The notes: generated from the letters alone by a model not told the origin. A DNA stretch of 64,000 bases from an uncultured Chloroflexia bacterium (GCA_963774265.1 CAVZDU010000010.1:160001-224000), one strand, 5' to 3'; counted from the stretch's first letter, positions 28,991-39,940 are shown. Translations and numbers: made by a program.

Positions 28991-30610
28991 CAGCAATTCT
29001 GAATTTGGCATGGCTCCAAGCCGGTGAAGTCAAGGTCGGAGGTAGCCGGGGGCTGCCTGCGTGCGGGTGGACAGCCGCGGTGGCAGATTGAGGGCCGGAA
29101 AGAGGCGGGTCGGGCGGCCGGGAGTGGAGCTGGCGGCACTGGGCGCTGGCGCTGGACAGGCGACAGCCTCCGACCGGGGCCGGGATCAATGGGCGGTCAG
29201 GCCCATCGGGCATTAGGCTGGGGCTGGCGGACCCAACTCCAGTTGGCGATACATGAAGCTGAGCAGGTGCTGGAAGCTGCGCCAGTAGAGATAGGTCGTC
29301 AAGCCGCGCAGGTCATCGAAGAACTTGCGGCGGGTGCGCAGCTTCTGGCGGATGGCCTGGTACATCAGGCAGGCCAGGTCCAGCGCCGTGTGGAACAGGA
29401 AGGCCAGCAGCAGCAAACTCAAAAGCACAGCGGCCAGGTGCTGGTCGCCATGTCCGTAGTTGTGCTCGAAATGGTAGCCGCGCTGCTTGAGCACGTTGAT
29501 GCCTTCGTTTTCGACCTTCCAGCGGCTCCGCCCATCCTGGGCGACGGCCTCGACTGAAGTTTCGTCCAAAGCGTGGTCGGTGAGCCAGGCGTTGTGATAC
29601 AGCTGCTCGCCGCTCTCCTGGTTGATCAGCCGCAACTCACACCAGTTGACCTTGAGTGCGTCCTGCCCTTCGCGGATCGGCAACTCACTCGCCCAACGAT
29701 ATTGCCAGACCTCATGATGGCGGCCGTTCCAGCGCCGGATGCGCTTGCTTCCCACTGCCCCCTCGACCCGCTCCAGAAGCTGCAACTCTTCGTACAGCGT
29801 CGGGTGCGAGTCGGGTTTGCAGGTGAGGATGAAGTGCAGGTGGTGATCCAAGAGTAATTGACAGACCGGCTGGTGCGCATGCAGATCGTCGGTCAAGACG
29901 GTCGTACTCCAAGGCGCAAAGCGCCCGGCATGCTGCTTGACCCAGCGCTTGATGGCCCGCTGCTCGCAGTCCTGTTTGTCTGCCCCGTCCTGCGGCGTGA
30001 TGAACTCCGGCGGCAGACAGACCACGTGCGGCTGCGCGGGCGCGCCCACTACTGCAAGCAACACTTGATGCGCATAATAGGTACGTCCGTCGCGTACCGT
30101 CACCCGGCAGTTGTCACAGTGCACCTTCTGGGATGCAAAGGACTGCGTGCCGTCCAGCGACACCAACTGACTACCAGTCGCACCGTGATAGTCCCGCAGC
30201 GCCCCACGCCGGGCCAGCAGTTCGTAGCTCGCCCAAAAGGGTTCGCCCAGCAGGACCGGATCGACTGGATCGAGCAGATTGCGAGTCTGCCCATCGCTGG
30301 GAATCTCCGCCACGCCAAACAGGCTCTTGGCGTTATTGCGCCCGTGGTTCTCCTGCAGGTTCGTTTGGTAGGCCAGAAAGGAGGGCTCCTGCATGAAGAA
30401 CACCGAGAAAGCCGCTAGCCCGGCATCCGCAATCGCATAGTGCCCGTTCTCACCCCGCCGGTGCTCCGGAATCCGTTCCAGGCTGGCCCGCAAAAACCGC
30501 AGCAACTCGCTGAACCTTACCTGTTTCCCACCCATGCCTCGCCCCACCTCACGCCGGATTCGCTGGCTCACCTCCCAGTCTACCACTCCCCGCCATATTT
30601 AGAATTGCTG
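28991..30610 (-). mobile_element. Complete ISNCY-family insertion sequence (1620 bp)
   Basis: TIRs CAGCAATTCTGAATTTGGC / CAGCAATTCTAAATATGGC (17/19 match); 9-bp TSD CGGCTCGTG at 28982-28990 and 30611-30619. Confidence 0.92.
29213..30586 (-). CDS. DDE transposase (ISNCY-like)
   Basis: SLDGT, CDNC, PEFI.PQDG.DKQDCE, TDD and GRSRWKVENEG.N.LK..GY.FEHNYGHG. Confidence 0.9.
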   Translation of the reverse strand: MVDWEVSQRIRREVGRGMGGKQVRFSELLRFLRASLERIPEHRRGENGHYAIADAGLAAFSVFFMQEPSFLAYQTNLQENHGRNNAKSLFGVAEIPSDGQTRNLLDPVDPVLLGEPFWASYELLARRGALRDYHGATGSQLVSLDGTQSFASQKVHCDNCRVTVRDGRTYYAHQVLLAVVGAPAQPHVVCLPPEFITPQDGADKQDCEQRAIKRWVKQHAGRFAPWSTTVLTDDLHAHQPVCQLLLDHHLHFILTCKPDSHPTLYEELQLLERVEGAVGSKRIRRWNGRHHEVWQYRWASELPIREGQDALKVNWCELRLINQESGEQLYHNAWLTDHALDETSVEAVAQDGRSRWKVENEGINVLKQRGYHFEHNYGHGDQHLAAVLLSLLLLAFLFHTALDLACLMYQAIRQKLRTRRKFFDDLRGLTTYLYWRSFQHLLSFMYRQLELGPPAPA

Positions 30611-30793
30611 CGGCTCGTGTTCATGCGCCGCGCCATTTCCGTTTTGGATAGCTGCTGCTCTGCCATCAATTTGGCTATCTGAAACGCCAGCACGCGCTTG
30701 GCTGCGACCGCCTCCGCCTCGGGGAGCCGGCCCTCTTCTTCCAGGAAATCATCCAGGCTGCTGCCCAGGTGTGTTTCGTTCATCTTGCTTCCC

Positions 30794-31144
30794 TCATTCT
30801 TCTCCCAGGGATCGCATGCGCTGCCTGGCAAGTTGCAGGTCCTGCAGCGGCATCTTTTGTGATTGCTTGATAAAGCCGTGCAGCAGGACCATCGTGTCGC
30901 CCTCAACGGTAAAAATCACACGCGCGATGCGCTCAGGGAGCCGCGATCGCACTTCCCACAACCCGGCCTCCAGCTTTCGGATTAAGGGCATGCCGAGCGG
31001 CCACCCGTACTGCGCAGTTTTCAGATCGTTACCGATGATCTTCCGTTCATCCGGTGGCAGCATCTTGAGCCAATCTCGTACCGGCTCATTGCCCGCGGCC
31101 GACCGATAGAACAGCACCTTCATCTGCGTCCTATTGTCTGTCAT
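30794..31144 (-). CDS. RelE/HigB-like toxin (Gp49/DUF891 type)
   Basis: FY....GNEPVRDWL, GWPLGMPL.R.L..GLWEVR, ARVIF and LLHGFIK. Confidence 0.9.
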   Translation of the reverse strand: MTDNRTQMKVLFYRSAAGNEPVRDWLKMLPPDERKIIGNDLKTAQYGWPLGMPLIRKLEAGLWEVRSRLPERIARVIFTVEGDTMVLLHGFIKQSQKMPLQDLQLARQRMRSLGEE

Positions 31145-31461
31145 AGTGTACCATAATTGATGCGCCCTGGCAAGTGGAAATCAGTGCTGATCAACATATT
31201 CGGCGCGCCTGCGGTCTCATGCGCCGGTCACCACGAAATTTGACGGTGCGTGGCCCAATGCTGCGAGCAGCTTCCTCACGACCTGCACCACCGACCGCGC
31301 GCTCTGGTTGACTTCCACCTTGGTCTTCCCGGCGCCGGCTCATCGTTCAGGCCATACGGCGTGCTCCCAACCACGCGCAGCCGGTGCGCCTCAAGAAACT
31401 CGTGATACCCCTCCAACGGAATATAGATCGTCGCGGGCGTACTCCGCGCAGCCTTGCGCCG

Positions 31462-33804
31462 TCACTCGACATCCTCCTCCTCCTCTTCCTCCAGCGCGTC
31501 CACCATAAACAACGCCGGCTGGCCGTCCCCCCCACCCGGCGTGGCGCCGATGGCAGCCAGCCGGTGCTCCACGATGTAGTCGTCGCACCAATCCTGCGGG
31601 ATGCGATGCGTCTGCGCCTGCACGGCTCGTCCCTCTGGCGCGGCGGGTCCACCGGTTGCCTGGGTCCCCGGCGCCCCTTGTGTCCCTTGTGTCCTCATCA
31701 TCCCGCGTGGTTCGCGGGACTGTGGCTCGATGTCGCCCTCCACCAGGTCGCTTGCGGCCGGCAGTCCATCGGTCTCGGGCAGCGGCTCGCCCGGCTCCAG
31801 GTTCCACGGCTGTCCCTTGCGCTGCTCCGTGTTGATCACCCAGCCGTTCGCAATCGCAGTCTTCAGCCGCCGCGAGGCCGCCATTTTGTTGATGCCCAGC
31901 GCCTCGCCGACCCTGGTCTGGCTGACAGTCTCGGTGGACGCCTTCGCCGCATACAGCTGCGCCACAGCCTCGACCGCGGCCCGCACCTTCTCCGACGCGC
32001 CGTCGCTGACGCTCGCCCGGTACATGTCTGCCACCAGCTCGCGCACCGTCTCGTAATCTTCGAGCTCCGCGACCAGCCGCCCATCCGCGCGGACGCGGCG
32101 CCTGGGGTGGCGTAGCACCGCGGCCGCCTTGATCAGCGCCAGCAGCCGCGAGAAGTCGCGCAGGATGCGGGGCGAGCTAGCTCGCTTTGGGCCAGCTCGC
32201 CCCGCGATGGCGCCGGCCAGCCGGTCCGCAAACGGGACGACCACATCCCACGGCGCGCGCGCCTGGAGATAGGCCTGGAACGCGACCAGGCTGGCCTCGG
32301 GCCCGCGCGCCGCGCCCAGCTCGATGCTGGCCTGGCTGCGCAGCGCCGCGCCGATCTGCTCCGGGTCGTCGGCCAGCTCCAGCGTGAAAAGCCGGGTCAT
32401 CAGCTGATCGCCCAACCGCTGGACCGCGGTCGTCAACAGCACGGTGGGACCCGGCTTTATCACCTCCTGCACCGTGAAGCCGCCCGTCTCAGGGTCGCGC
32501 ACCGTGGTCGTGTAGTGCAGGCAGTTGTCCTGCAGCAGCCCGCGCACCGCGGACGCGGCCGGGTTGTCCTCGCCGGACGGCAGGCTGTCGGCCTCGCCGA
32601 ACACCAGCACCTTGTGCTGAAGCTCCGCATCGTCATAGATCAGGACGCGCGGGCTGCCCGCGTCGATGGTGTGCTGCGCGTCGGCCGGCAGCAAGCTGAG
32701 CACGCTCTTCATCGTGTACGTCTTGCCCGACGAAGGGGAGCCCAGCAGCAGCAGGTGAACGGGCATCGCGCCCGGGCGCATCGCCAGCACGCGCGAGGTC
32801 GCGGCCAGGTAGACGATCTTGATGGGCCGGATGTCGCCGCCGTAGCCCCCGCTGCGGACCTCCGCCGCGACCAGCTCCAGGGGATCCGCGGCGTGTAACA
32901 CTGCCTCTGCCTGCTGTGTTACGGCGGTGAGCCGCGCATCCGCCGCCTCCTGCTGGAGCACGGCCACGGGCACGGCGTTTGCGGCCATGCGCTCGATCTC
33001 GGCCTTCACGTCCCGGCCCAGGACGTGGAGCGCGGACGGGTCTTTCGCGCCGGCGGGCGCATGGATGACCTTCAAGCCGGGAATGTCCCGGCCGATGCGC
33101 AGCGGCAGCTCCGCCGCGTCCGGTTCACACCACAGGTAGACCTCCAGCCCGTCGAAGAAGCGCGCCCACTCGGAGCGCCAGGTGCTCTTGCCGGGGATGC
33201 CCACCGCGGGCAGGCCGTAGTGCCAGAGCGTCCAGCAGTCCGACTCGCCCTCCACGATCATCGTCCAGCCCACGCGCCGCGCATCGCCCAAATCCTGGCC
33301 GTACGGGCTGACCTTATCCCCGCGGCGCCAGACGAAGCGCGGTTCGACCGTGAGCGACCGGCGAAACCGGACCGCGACGACGTTGCCCTGCGCATCGACG
33401 TACGGGATCTTGACCGCGGGCGCACCCCCGTGCTTGCAGTCGCTCAGCCCGTAGCTGGCCAGTTCGGCGACCGGCAGCCGTTTGGCGTCTGCGAGCGCCT
33501 GCAGGGTCAGGCCTGCGGTCCCCTGAGACTCGCGTAACACTGTAACACCCTTTACAGATGGATGACTATCCGCCCTTATCAATCCTTTTTGCTTCAGAGC
33601 CCTGATGACTGCATCCTGGGTGCAGCCGGCAAAGCAGTAGAACAAGAGCTTGCCATCGCGCTCGGTCAGCGACAGGCTGGGCGTCTTATCCGCGTGCGCG
33701 GGACAATGGAGGGAGTGTTTCCGCGTTCCGTTACGCCGGCAAGCGCAGCCGGGATCTGCGCATTGCAGCGCGCGGACGATGTCTGCCATTTCCATTGATA
33801 CCAT
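31462..33804 (-). CDS. Phage/satellite-type primase-helicase (Zn finger + TOPRIM + P-loop ATPase + wHTH)
   Basis: CPAH.D..PSL...YCFAGC Zn finger, IVEGESD TOPRIM, KDPS, Walker A GSPSSGKT, an Arg-finger-like SSPRILRDF segment and a C-terminal HTH. Confidence 0.8.
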   Translation of the reverse strand: MVSMEMADIVRALQCADPGCACRRNGTRKHSLHCPAHADKTPSLSLTERDGKLLFYCFAGCTQDAVIRALKQKGLIRADSHPSVKGVTVLRESQGTAGLTLQALADAKRLPVAELASYGLSDCKHGGAPAVKIPYVDAQGNVVAVRFRRSLTVEPRFVWRRGDKVSPYGQDLGDARRVGWTMIVEGESDCWTLWHYGLPAVGIPGKSTWRSEWARFFDGLEVYLWCEPDAAELPLRIGRDIPGLKVIHAPAGAKDPSALHVLGRDVKAEIERMAANAVPVAVLQQEAADARLTAVTQQAEAVLHAADPLELVAAEVRSGGYGGDIRPIKIVYLAATSRVLAMRPGAMPVHLLLLGSPSSGKTYTMKSVLSLLPADAQHTIDAGSPRVLIYDDAELQHKVLVFGEADSLPSGEDNPAASAVRGLLQDNCLHYTTTVRDPETGGFTVQEVIKPGPTVLLTTAVQRLGDQLMTRLFTLELADDPEQIGAALRSQASIELGAARGPEASLVAFQAYLQARAPWDVVVPFADRLAGAIAGRAGPKRASSPRILRDFSRLLALIKAAAVLRHPRRRVRADGRLVAELEDYETVRELVADMYRASVSDGASEKVRAAVEAVAQLYAAKASTETVSQTRVGEALGINKMAASRRLKTAIANGWVINTEQRKGQPWNLEPGEPLPETDGLPAASDLVEGDIEPQSREPRGMMRTQGTQGAPGTQATGGPAAPEGRAVQAQTHRIPQDWCDDYIVEHRLAAIGATPGGGDGQPALFMVDALEEEEEEDVE

Positions 33805-34143
33805 GCGTGTTATTCCTCACCGTATTGGCTGTTACAGTGTTACACGGGTTACGCCGTGCGGTATTCTATCCAGAGAACTGCTGTTTGGGCGATTGCAAAC
33901 AATAGTTCTGTGGGATATCCTAAGGCGGCGCAGGGTGCGTGTCAAGGGGTCTGGGGGCTCAGTTTGGGGCGAAATCAACAACAAGACACTGTACGCTTTT
34001 CAACTCTGTACACTCTTCAACTCTGTACAGTCTGGCGAGGGCCGGCAGCGAAGGGCAAGAAGAAGTGACTGGGAGTGCACCGCGACTTGGAGCACCATGC
34101 CACTAAATGAACGACCGGCAGCGGTTGATCCACTGTCGGTCGT

Positions 34144-34170
34144 GTGTCAGAACGGGTAAGGGGATTCGAA
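34144..34170 (-). repeat. Duplicated tRNA-Gly 3' end (att site)
   Basis: GTGTCAGAACGGGTAAGGGGATTCGAA versus GTGTCAGAGCGGGTAAGGGGATTCGAA at 40706-40732 (26/27 match). Confidence 0.88.
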
Positions 34171-34202
34171 AAGGAAGCTGAGTGTCATCAACCTCCATTG
34201 TC

Positions 34203-35065
34203 CTAAAGCACTTGCCGCAGCCTGGCGGCGAACGCGTCCGGGTCGCCCCGGTAACCGGATTCACCTCCGAGGAACCCGCCGTGGTGGCTGGGGAACATCA
34301 CTAGCTCCTGGTGGAGCTGCTTCGCGATGGCTTCCGCCGCGCGCTGGGCCATGGTGCCTTCGGATTCGACCCCGGCGGCAATCACGATGCGGGCCGGCGC
34401 CACTCGCAGTGCCTCGAAGTCGGGGACGTAGTGCGTAATCGGGATGAACGGCTCTCCGAATAGTGGATTGTCGCGCGAGCCATCGTCCGCGGCCGGGAGC
34501 CCGAAATCGGCCGGATTCGCCGGTCGCTGGGCGAAGTCGGCCGGGATTGGCCCTTTCAGGTTGGTGAGAACGATGAACTTGGCCATCGCGGGCCCGAAGC
34601 CCTCGCGTTCGTACGTCTTGGAAATGTCCTTGATGGCGGCCTGCGCCTGCTCGCGGTCCGGCAGCACCGGCGCGGCCGGCGGTTCGTGCGCGACCAGCGT
34701 ATGTACGTCCTCCGGATGCCGCGCCACCAGCGCGAGCGCATTGATCGCGCCACCGCTGCTGGCGAAGATGTCCACTGGCCCGGCGTTCAAAGCGGTGATC
34801 AACCGGTGCAGGTCGTCCGCATGCAGCTCGGGTGTCCGCCGCTGGGAGCGATCCGTCAGTTCGCTGCGCCCAGTTCCGCGCGGATCGTAGGTCACCACCG
34901 TCCGGTCACGGAAATGCCCGGCGAGGGTCGTGAACCCGGTGGCGTCCATCGGATGCCCGATCAGCAGGAGCACCGGCGCGGTGGTCTGTGCCTCGGCGTC
35001 GTCGGATGTCGTAGCCGCAGCGTGGCGCCCGGCACGTTCAAAGTCAGGGTTCTCGGTTCGGTCAT
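34203..35065 (-). CDS. Alpha/beta hydrolase (frameshifted N-terminus)
   Basis: [16 protein letters not shown] nucleophile elbow, AHEPP and FPSHHGGF. Confidence 0.85.
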
Positions 35066-35117
35066 TGCGGTATCCTTTCCCGATCTCTCGTCCGACGGAG
35101 ATACCACATGCTGCCCT

Positions 35118-35996
35118 TCAGATACTTCCCGTAACTTGGCCAGGTCGATCTTCTTCATCTGAAGGAATGCCTGGGTCACCCGGTCGATCCTCTCCCGGTC
35201 GTCGCCGCCGAGCATCTCCTCCATGCCCGAGGGGACGATCTGCCACGAAACGCCGAACTTGTCTTTGAGCCAGCCGCATTGCTCCGCTTCCGGCACGGCG
35301 GAAAGCTTGCTCCAGTAGTAGTCGATTCTCCTCCTGGGTCTCGCACTGCACCATGAAGGAGATCGCTTCGTTGAAGGCGAACTGGTGGTCATGCGCGCTG
35401 TCCATCGCTGCAAACTCGCTGGCCGAGCAGCGAGAAATCGCCGAACAGGAGCGTCCCCTCCTTATCCGGCTCCTCGCCCGGGCCGTGATGCTGGAGCGCA
35501 CCGACCTTCGAGCCGGGGAACACCGACGTCCAGAACCGGATCGCCTCTTCCGCCCGGCCGCAGACATTGCCCACGAACAGCAGGAAGGGCATGATCTTCG
35601 GGGTGACGTTCCGCTCCGCCGGGAAAGGAAATCTGCCACGACAGCCCGTACTTATCCTGCCAGCCAGCCGTATCGCTCGCTGAAAGGATAGCTCCCGAGT
35701 TCCATGAGCACGCCGCCCCCTTCTGACAGTCGTGCCCAGATGCGGTCGACGTCGTCCTTCGTGCTGCAGGTGACGTGAAACGATACGGACGGGTTGAACT
35801 TGAAGTACGGGCCCGCGCTGATCGCCTGGAACCGCCGGCCGAGAAGCTCAAAGCTGACCGTATCCACCGACCCCGATGGGGTGTCGTTGAGCGTGCCGGT
35901 GCTGGTGATCTTCGACTCGGGGAAGGTCGAGACATAGAACTCGGCCGCCTCTTTGGCTTCCTTGTCGAACCACAGATGGGTCGTCATCGTTTCCAT
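35118..35996 (-). CDS. Two-domain PhnB/3-demethylubiquinone-9 MTase-like VOC protein (frameshifted)
   Basis: [31 protein letters not shown] and [14 protein letters not shown] across several frames. Confidence 0.85.
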
Positions 35997-36043
35997 AAGC
36001 TTGTTGTCCTTTCTCTCTTACAGTTACAGCAACGCGGCGGCAG

Positions 36044-36226
36044 TCACATTGCGGACCTGTGGCAAGAGTCGCCGCCAGGCCAGCGACGCCAGCGCAACGC
36101 CCGCCGCGCGATGATGCTCGTCGCGCGCTCGCCGGCCAGGGTGTGGCCCACCTGTTCCCAATCCGCTTGCGTACGCTGCGCGATCACGATGCCCGATTCA
36201 GTCGCCAGAAGCAGCCGTGCTGTCAT
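36044..36226 (-). pseudogene. N-terminal fragment of a BNR/beta-propeller-like protein
   Basis: MTARLLLATESGIVI...W...L.GE.ATSI, then truncated. Confidence 0.4.
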
Positions 36227-36436
36227 GTGCTTCCTGTCTTTCCCTACCTAGGAAGGCGCACCGCCGAAGTACACGTCGACTTCCTTGACCTGGTGGCCGT
36301 CAGTCTTGATGTGCTCCGTGTTGCGACAATGTTGACACGGAATCTCTCGCTGTAAACATAATTCGCCGGGTCAGTTGGCCCGGCGAATCGTTGCAGGCAT
36401 AGAATGGCGGCCACGCGTACTCGGTCGGGTACTGAT

Positions 36437-36530
36437 TCAGCCCGCCGGCACTTCGACAATCTTGAAGAGTGCGCCCTGAGCGTCGGCCACCATCGCGAAG
36501 CGTCCGTATGGCGAATCCTTTGGCCGCGTT
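36437..36530 (-). pseudogene. C-terminal fragment of a glyoxalase/VOC protein
   Basis: PKDSPYGRFAMVADAQGALFKI with no N-terminus. Confidence 0.6.
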
Positions 36531-36729
36531 GTCGCGGCCGGTGGGTTCAGTTGCTGGACAACCAATGTAGCCCCGCGGCACCCCGGGGTATGTGACGGCG
36601 CTTCCCGTCGGCGCGGGCCGCAGCCGGCCCGCGCCCTGCATTGACGGGACCGAAACGGCATGATAAGATCTATTTGTGTTAGTATTGACGCCCATTTGTG
36701 CCAGTCTTGCACGGGTGAGGTCACGAACC

Positions 36730-36969
36730 GGTTCACACTACGAGGGGCCCGAGGACCGCGCGGTCAGCGAGCGGTGGTTGAGGGAGTTCGCCGCCGAGCT
36801 GGATCAAGGCGAGCGCGCAGCTTACGCGAACTTCATGGCGGACAAAGGCGAGGAGCGCCTTCGCGCCGCGTACCCTGGAACAACGTGGGACCGGCTTGCG
36901 GCGGTGAAGGCACGGTATGACCCTACCAACCTATTCCGGCGCAACCACAACATTCGGCCGGCAGTGTAG
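36730..36969 (+). pseudogene. BBE-domain (FAD-linked oxidase C-terminus) fragment
   Basis: AYANF...AAYPG.TWDRLA.VK.RYDP.NLFRRNHNI. Confidence 0.75.
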
Positions 36970-37003
36970 TCGCACCAGCGGAGACAGAAAGGACGTGTGC
37001 AAG

Positions 37004-37360
37004 ATGCTGAACCTGAATTCCATCATGATCGGGAGCGCAGAGCCCGAGGCGCTGGCAGCCTTCTATGAGAGGGTGCTGGGGAAACCGGCGGAAATGTCAG
37101 ATGCTGCGCAGGGCTTCTGGGGCTGGCAGGTGGGCAGCGCCTACTTCTCGGTGATGCAGCATTCGGAAGTGAAAGGACGCGCGAAAGAACCGGCCCGACT
37201 CATCTTTAACCTGGAGACATCGCAGGTCAAGGAAGAGTTCGAGCGGATCAAGGCTGCGGGCGCTACCGTGATCCGCGAACCGTACGAGCTGGAAGGCGGC
37301 CGGATCGCCACACTGGCCGACCCGGATGGCAACTACTTCCAGTTGGTGACGCCTATGTGA
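37004..37360 (+). CDS. VOC/glyoxalase family protein
   Basis: LAAFYERVLG and ATLADPDGNYFQL. Confidence 0.88.
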   Translation: MLNLNSIMIGSAEPEALAAFYERVLGKPAEMSDAAQGFWGWQVGSAYFSVMQHSEVKGRAKEPARLIFNLETSQVKEEFERIKAAGATVIREPYELEGGRIATLADPDGNYFQLVTPM

Positions 37361-38277
37361 ACTCCATCGGGGCGGCCAGTGAAGTCAGCGGGCCAGGATC
37401 TGTGAGTGCGGGAGATCGATGCACCAACGACCGGCAAGCGTCGACCGTTGCCGCCCTCGCCCAGCTCGACCTGCGAATTCTCGTTGACCGGGCCGCCCCG
37501 ACTCAGAATGAGGAAAGGCATTATGAAGTTACTCCTTTGATCCGTAACACCGACGTCCTGCTGGTGAACGACGGCGATCCGTTGTATCTGTGCTACTGGA
37601 TGCGGCAGTCCGGGCTGGCCGACCTTTTGCCGTCGCTGCACGAGACGGTCTGGGTGGGGCTGAGCGCCGGGAGCATGGTAATGACGCCCCGTATCGGGGA
37701 GGACTTCGTCGGCTGGAAGCCGCCCAGCGGTGGCGATGAAACGCTGGGCATGGTTGGCTTTTCGATCTTTCCGCACGTGGATCACCCGGAGCTGCCGGAC
37801 AATTGCATGGCCAACGCAGAAAAGTGGGCCGCCGAACGCTGGCTCAGCCGCAATGCCGTCCACTTTGGAGCCGCACCGGTCACGCTGCTCGGCGACGACC
37901 GCTACTGCCACCAGCCCTTCTGCGAGCACGTCCTGGCGACCGGCTGGCACTTTGTCTTCACCTGCAAATCGACGTCGCATCCGGCACTGTCTCTGGAGGT
38001 CGACCTGTTGACCCAAGCCGGCGGCGTGGCGAAACTGACCGAACAGCACGTGGTCGACGGTCACCCGCAAGTCTGGCGCTATCGCTATGCCACGCGCGTC
38101 CCACGGCGCGCCGACACCCAGCCGTTGTACGTCAACTGGTGCGAAGTCACGATCACGACCCCGGCCGGCGAACTGCTATATCGCAACGCCTGGGCCACCG
38201 ATCACCCGCTGACCCCGACCACCTTTGGAACCGCTGAGGACACCCAACGTTCAGTTGCGAACCCCCCCGGAAGGTGA
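37357..38277 (+). pseudogene. Chimeric remnant: peptidase E (S51) fragment fused to an ISNCY transposase fragment
   Basis: VWVGLSAGS and IFPHVDH (peptidase E), then LGDDRYCHQPFC...HFVFTCK...VNWCE...NAW, which is homologous to the transposase at 29213-30586. Confidence 0.7.
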
Positions 38278-38301
38278 TATGCTCGTGAGGGAGGCCTAAC
38301 G

Positions 38302-38655
38302 ATGTGGCAAGACTACGAACACAAAGGGCAACCTTTGCTTCCCCGCTCTCTCTTCCTGCGCCGGCTCCTCTGGCATTTCCTCCTGGCTTCCGGCTTTATG
38401 CTTGGCACGCTAACCATCGGCGTCCTCGGCTACCACTTCACCGAGCGTCTTTCATGGCTGGACTCGCTGCTCAATGCCGCGATGATCCTGGGCGGCATGG
38501 GACCGGTGAACCCAATCATCACCCCCGCCGGCAAACTCTTCGCATCTTTCTACGCGCTCTTCTCTGGCGTAATTTTCCTGGCGATAGCCGGCATCATCAT
38601 CGCGCCGATTGCTCATCGCTTGCTTCACCGGTTACACCTGGAAGATGCAGTTTAG
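38302..38655 (+). CDS. Small 2-TM membrane protein with a pore-loop-like segment
   Basis: GVLGYH..E.LSWLDSLLNAAMILGGMGPV...GKLFASFYAL. Confidence 0.75.
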   Translation: MWQDYEHKGQPLLPRSLFLRRLLWHFLLASGFMLGTLTIGVLGYHFTERLSWLDSLLNAAMILGGMGPVNPIITPAGKLFASFYALFSGVIFLAIAGIIIAPIAHRLLHRLHLEDAV

Positions 38656-38742
38656 TGAACGGAGACTTCGGGGCACTTGCGGCAGACGTGCTCCAAATCA
38701 TGTCGTCGCCCTCGCACAAAGGGAACCAAGTTTGACACGAGG

Positions 38743-39261
38743 ATGGATGAAATGGACACTTTAGAAGCAATTCGCAAGCGAAGAAGTATCCGTCGGTATA
38801 CGGACGATGCCATTCCTAAAGCGGATTTGGAGATCATCGTCGATGCGGGTCGATTGGCGGCGACAGGAAGTAATCGGCAACCGTGGGATTTCGTTGTGGT
38901 AACCGACCGGACAATGATCGAGCAGTTCAAAGTGGCAGGCGCGTGGATAGAGACAGCCGGCGCGGTGATTGTAGTGGTAATGGATCCGGTATCACGCTGG
39001 TGGGTAGAAGATGGCGCGGCCGCGATTGAGAATATGCTATTGGCGAGTACTGCCTTGGGCTATGGAGCGTGTTGGGTGGAGGGAGACGCTTTGCCACGCG
39101 AAGCACAATTCAAAATCCTCTTGGGCGTACCAAGCGAAAAGCGCGTGATGGCGTTGATTCCAGTTGGTGTGGCGGCGGAAATGCCGACGCCAGAGAAGAG
39201 ACCGCTGGAGAAAGTGCTGCACTGGGAAAAGTACCGATCCGTTGTGCAGGAGAACGCCTAA
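38743..39261 (+). CDS. Nitroreductase family protein
   Basis: RKRRSIRRY, ATGSNRQPWDFVVV and ENMLLA.TALGYGACW. Confidence 0.92.
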   Translation: MDEMDTLEAIRKRRSIRRYTDDAIPKADLEIIVDAGRLAATGSNRQPWDFVVVTDRTMIEQFKVAGAWIETAGAVIVVVMDPVSRWWVEDGAAAIENMLLASTALGYGACWVEGDALPREAQFKILLGVPSEKRVMALIPVGVAAEMPTPEKRPLEKVLHWEKYRSVVQENA

Positions 39262-39542
39262 AGGCTCACTCAGTGACCCTAGTAGTGCGATCAGCCAGAA
39301 AGCGCCGGCAATAGTTCTCTATACCTTTTGGCCTTCTGGTCCTTGGTCATGCGGGCGTAACGTGGGGATGGACTCGGCAAAATCACAAGCTCGATAGACG
39401 GGTGCCGATTGATGATGTCCTTGGGTTCCGGCCGCTGCTTCCTTGCCCGAAAAGCTACCCAAAATCAGATACCTGGCTCCCGATTCAGGCACGAAAGTGC
39501 CGAAAAGGGGAAAATCATCGCCGCGCGCTCGAAGGAGGACGA

Positions 39543-39940
39543 TTGAGAAATCTGCTCACCGTGACCTCAGTGACTGAAGTGGGGGCCGGCCTTGTGATGA
39601 TGACAGTTCCGTCGTTGGCGGTCACGTTCCTGTTCGGTTCAACTCTCAGCACGACTGTTGAGTTGGTTATGGCGCGCCTATTCGGAGTAGCACTGCTCGC
39701 CCTGGGAGTCGCCTGCTGGCTCGCGTGCCACGACGGGCAGAGCCGCGCCGCCGCGAGGGTTGGTCGGCGCAATGGTGATTTACAACGCTGGCGTCGTCAC
39801 GGTCTTCGTGTATTCGGGCATAGGCTTAGGACTGTCCGGCGTCGGCCTTTGGCCGGCCGTTCTGCTTCACATCGCCATGACGGTCTGGTGCGTCATGGGT
39901 CTGCTACTCAAGCCGGAGAAAATCATCGGGTAAGTAAACT
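39543..39940 (+). CDS. Small membrane protein (frameshifted)
   Basis: LLTVTSVTEVGAGL..., ARLFGVALLALGVACW; hydrophobic sequence continues in another frame. Confidence 0.5.

Larger units (their letters stand above)
28873..30783 (-). pseudogene. HigA-like XRE antitoxin interrupted by IS
   Basis: The 5' part MNETHLGSSLDDFLEEEG...MARRMNTSR (30783-30611) and the 3' part AAVDRLLD...TLATLEKAAAALGRRLHVALV (28981-28873) rejoin when the IS is removed. Confidence 0.9.

Noticed and set aside
37357-38277. Novel peptidase E-transposase fusion protein
   Set aside because: Both halves are incomplete; a deletion junction in a decaying island is more likely.
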